Positions 61,296 to 64,000 of a DNA stretch of 64,000 nt are shown in pieces. The notes below the pieces were generated by a model. It worked only from the letters and a program-made list of their open reading frames with translations. It searched no databases and was not told the DNA's origin. The DNA is from Candidatus Omnitrophota bacterium. Its GTDB lineage: Bacteria; Omnitrophota; Gorgyraeia; B26-G9. Position 1 is the stretch's first letter, and each line of letters begins with the position of its first letter. The DNA lies in contig JAHITY010000099.1 of NCBI GenBank assembly GCA_018817165.1, positions 391-64,390 of the forward strand, written 5' to 3'. A program made the position numbers and the translations under genes.

Positions 61296-61660
61296 ATGTA
61301 GGTAAAACGAATAAATCAAAAACAGGCATGATCGGAGAAAATATAGCTAGAAAATTTCTCCAGAAAAAAGGATACACGATTGTTGAGCAGAATTTTCGCA
61401 CAAAATATTCAGAGATGGATCTGGTTGTAAAGAAAAAAGATTTGCTGGTTTTTGTCGAAGTAAGAACCAAAACCAATGAATATTTCGGCTCGCCGGAGCA
61501 AACAATAAATAAAGACAAAATTAATCGGCTTATTCGCAGCGCTCAGGCTTATGTTGCATACAATAAATATTCCGGAAACTATAGAATTGATGCTGTGTGT
61601 ATTGTACTTAATCCAGATGATTCTCCCCAACGCATTTCGCATTATCAATCAATAACCTAA
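61292..61660 (+). CDS. yraN: YraN-family nuclease
   Basis: GE..A..FL, EMDLV, FVEVRT, RIDAV. Confidence 0.92.
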   Translation: MNVGKTNKSKTGMIGENIARKFLQKKGYTIVEQNFRTKYSEMDLVVKKKDLLVFVEVRTKTNEYFGSPEQTINKDKINRLIRSAQAYVAYNKYSGNYRIDAVCIVLNPDDSPQRISHYQSIT

Positions 61661-62403
61661 TAAGGGACACAATACTTAATTCATTGAAATAAAGGTCAAA
61701 AAAATAAGGGAAGGTCATGGCACGTATTGCGCGAGTAGTTGCTCCGAAGTATCCGCACCATATTGTTCAGAGGGGAAATAGACGACAGAAAGTATTCTTT
61801 TTGCAAGAAGATTATGAGTTGTATCTGCGTTTGCTAAAATTTTATTCTCAAAAGTTTAATCTAAAAGTAGTTAGTTATTGTCTAATGCCGAATCATGTGC
61901 ATTTAATAGTTATCCCAGAGCAAAAGCAAAGCCTCGCCCAAGCAATTGGTGAAACTCATAGAAATTATACAACAATAATAAATAAGAGAGAACTGTGGAC
62001 GGGATATTTATGGCAGGGCAGATTTTATTCACATGTGCTAGATGAACGATATCTAATAGCTGCAGTGCGATATGTCTTACTTAATCCAGTTAGAGCAAGC
62101 TTGGTAGGTAAAGCAAAAGATTATGCGTGGTCAAGTATAAAAATACATCTAAAAAAACAAAAGAATAGTTTGGTTAAAGATGATTTATTGCAAGAAATTA
62201 TAACAGACTGGCATAATCTTCTTGCAAATGCTGAGGATGAAGACATTAGTCAGAAAATAAGAAAGCATTCTAGAACAGGCAGGCCTTTAGGAGGGCAGGG
62301 GTTTGTAAAAGAACTGGAAGAACAGCTTAATATTAAACTGGCTAAGCAAAAACCAGGGAGAAAAACCCGTACTTAATAAGCAATTAAGTATTGTGTCCCC
62401 TTA
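61661..62403. mobile_element. RAYT element bounded by ~21-bp inverted repeats
   Basis: TAAGGGACACAATACTTAATT (61661) and AATTAAGTATTGTGTCCCCTTA (62382-62403). Confidence 0.8.
61717..62376 (+). CDS. REP-associated tyrosine transposase (IS200-like HUH)
   Basis: MARIAR, HIVQRGNRR, CLMPNHVH, WQGRF, YVLLNPVRA, WSS. Confidence 0.92.
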   Translation: MARIARVVAPKYPHHIVQRGNRRQKVFFLQEDYELYLRLLKFYSQKFNLKVVSYCLMPNHVHLIVIPEQKQSLAQAIGETHRNYTTIINKRELWTGYLWQGRFYSHVLDERYLIAAVRYVLLNPVRASLVGKAKDYAWSSIKIHLKKQKNSLVKDDLLQEIITDWHNLLANAEDEDISQKIRKHSRTGRPLGGQGFVKELEEQLNIKLAKQKPGRKTRT

Positions 62404-62432
62404 TATCAAAAAGGGAAGTTTGTTATATGGAA

Positions 62433-63890
62433 TTATATGGAACGCTCTACAGCAAAATTTCTCTTTAAACCAGGATCTCTTATTTTTCTTGCCGGAGGTT
62501 TTATTATTACTTGGTAATTTTTTTCCAGTTCCAATAATTCATCGATGCGTGAAAAGGCTGCTTTCTCTATGTTTTTATTTTCCTCAGAATTAAGCGGAAC
62601 TAGATAATACGGAACGATTCCTCGTAAACTCAGGTCATCTCCATATTCACCTGTATTTGCAAGTAATAAGCGTGTCATAGCCTGTTTATTTGTTAAGAAA
62701 GTGTGAACTTCTTTTTTGAGTTTTTTTTCAGATTTCTTAATCTGCAAGAGTGACTCTTGAACCCCTTGCTGATATGCCTGATGAAAAATGCCTGTAGGTT
62801 CCACGGACATTAAAAGAACTCTATTACCTCCTAACAGTCCCCCCCTGTACTCCCGGTATATTTTCTCAAAGTCTTCAAAGCTTTTAATGTTAGAAAATCC
62901 TTTTCCAAAAATCGCCTCCATGTCTATGGGAACCAAATCTTCGTTTTCTGAGAGAAGAATATTATTAAAAGTTATATCGGATAATCCAAGAATATAAAAC
63001 ATAGGTAAGAGCTTTCCCAACATTCGAGCTTGTTTTTCACTGCGAATTTTTCCAGGGAATTCTGGCGCTTGTGTAATATACTCTACAAATGCATAATCTC
63101 CAAAATTGTCGTGGAATACATGGACGGGAGCAGTGTGTTTGTAGCCCATGGTATTGATGAGGTCAGCTGCTGCTTTTTCGCTTGATACGCCACTAAAAGG
63201 TTTGTAAATAAATGGAATGATATTACCTTGCTCATCTTTAAAAAGAAGCTTACGCACAAAATCTATAATATATTTATTTTGCTTATCTCTTAACATGTTT
63301 CGTATTATAAATCGGCCAAAATAGTCAATTTTTGACTCCAAGTCTTCTTCCCAAGAAGACGAAAGAGGAACTCTATCAACTCGTCCTAAGTAATATTTTG
63401 AGCGTTTTTTTATTTCACTATTGTATTTTTCCCAGAAATTAAAACCAAATACTTTTGTTCTGGTATCTTGAAAAATTGCATCCATATCATCGAATGACAT
63501 GGGAACATGTCCCATATCTATAGAAATCCCATCCACGTCAGAATTCAAGATATTGGGTTCTAAGAGTAAATGTTTATTGGCATTGCTGAGTTCCTCTATT
63601 CCAATATAGGTAACTTTCTTGCCGAATATATCATCGAATATATTAGCTTCAAGGGCTGAAGCAATTCTCTTGAGGAAAATATCTTGCTGCTGAAGCGGTG
63701 GAATGCTTGTATGATTTCTGTTTGGATAAGAAAATTCTCTAAAAGAATTTTGAAACAGGTTAGTATCACACACTATTTTAGAAGATAATGCAAAGCTCTG
63801 TCTGACAAATGCACAAGAAAACGCAGCGCATAATATTACGGTCAGAAATTTTAAAATAATTTTATTGTTTTGGGAGTAGTATATGTTCAT
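62433..63890 (-). CDS. Signal-peptide protein with LanM/DUF4135-like kinase domain (dual-tag family)
   Basis: IYKP, AFVEYI, YILGLSDITFNNIL, VPIDMEAIF; C-terminus NFAVERSI. Confidence 0.7.
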   Translation of the reverse strand: MNIYYSQNNKIILKFLTVILCAAFSCAFVRQSFALSSKIVCDTNLFQNSFREFSYPNRNHTSIPPLQQQDIFLKRIASALEANIFDDIFGKKVTYIGIEELSNANKHLLLEPNILNSDVDGISIDMGHVPMSFDDMDAIFQDTRTKVFGFNFWEKYNSEIKKRSKYYLGRVDRVPLSSSWEEDLESKIDYFGRFIIRNMLRDKQNKYIIDFVRKLLFKDEQGNIIPFIYKPFSGVSSEKAAADLINTMGYKHTAPVHVFHDNFGDYAFVEYITQAPEFPGKIRSEKQARMLGKLLPMFYILGLSDITFNNILLSENEDLVPIDMEAIFGKGFSNIKSFEDFEKIYREYRGGLLGGNRVLLMSVEPTGIFHQAYQQGVQESLLQIKKSEKKLKKEVHTFLTNKQAMTRLLLANTGEYGDDLSLRGIVPYYLVPLNSEENKNIEKAAFSRIDELLELEKNYQVIIKPPARKIRDPGLKRNFAVERSI

Positions 63891-63932
63891 AACTTATTGC
63901 TTTCAGGTAAAATACGATAATAATAAAGATTT

Positions 63933-63964
63933 TAAAGTTTACCATATTATAGGGTAGTGTGCAA
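63933..63964 (-). promoter_or_regulatory. Putative promoter TTGCAC-N14-TGGTAAACTTTA
   Basis: Shared signature of the dual-tag genes. Confidence 0.6.
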
Positions 63965-64000
63965 GGGAAAGGGGGGAATGTGTCAAGCCAAAGTAAGAAT

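Noticed and set aside
62433-63890. Lanthipeptide biosynthetic cluster
   Set aside because: No cyclase domain, precursor or transporter in the window; the protein has a signal peptide

Overview
AT-rich window from a diderm bacterium (TolC, Mla and Tat genes present; the gene style suggests Omnitrophota or a similar candidate phylum, which is my inference and is unverified). Roughly 1-55 kb looks like an accretion island. About a dozen degenerate copies of a tRNA 3' end (GGGGAGCCA, tRNA-Asn-like) punctuate it, most preceded by the orphan C-terminal tail of a tRNA-targeting integrase and followed by a hairpin. The cargo between these scars covers defence (two m5C methylases plus a DUF3883 nuclease, PIN, two AbiE pairs, HipBA), metal and redox stress (Fur/PerR plus QueD-like, Rrf2-hcp, a Tat flavoprotein), transport (MATE, TetR-TolC-HlyD-ABC, Mla) and several gene remnants. 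The window ends with dprA-comM-yraN and an IR-flanked RAYT. The most striking signal is four unrelated proteins: a sigma-like/NTase protein, an S8 protease, a GT4 and a LanM-type kinase. All four share a signal peptide, an ungapped 16-aa motif after it, an 8-aa C-terminal motif and a near-identical promoter, which suggests an undescribed dual-tag export or effector system. No intact tRNA, integrase, rRNA or CRISPR array is visible.
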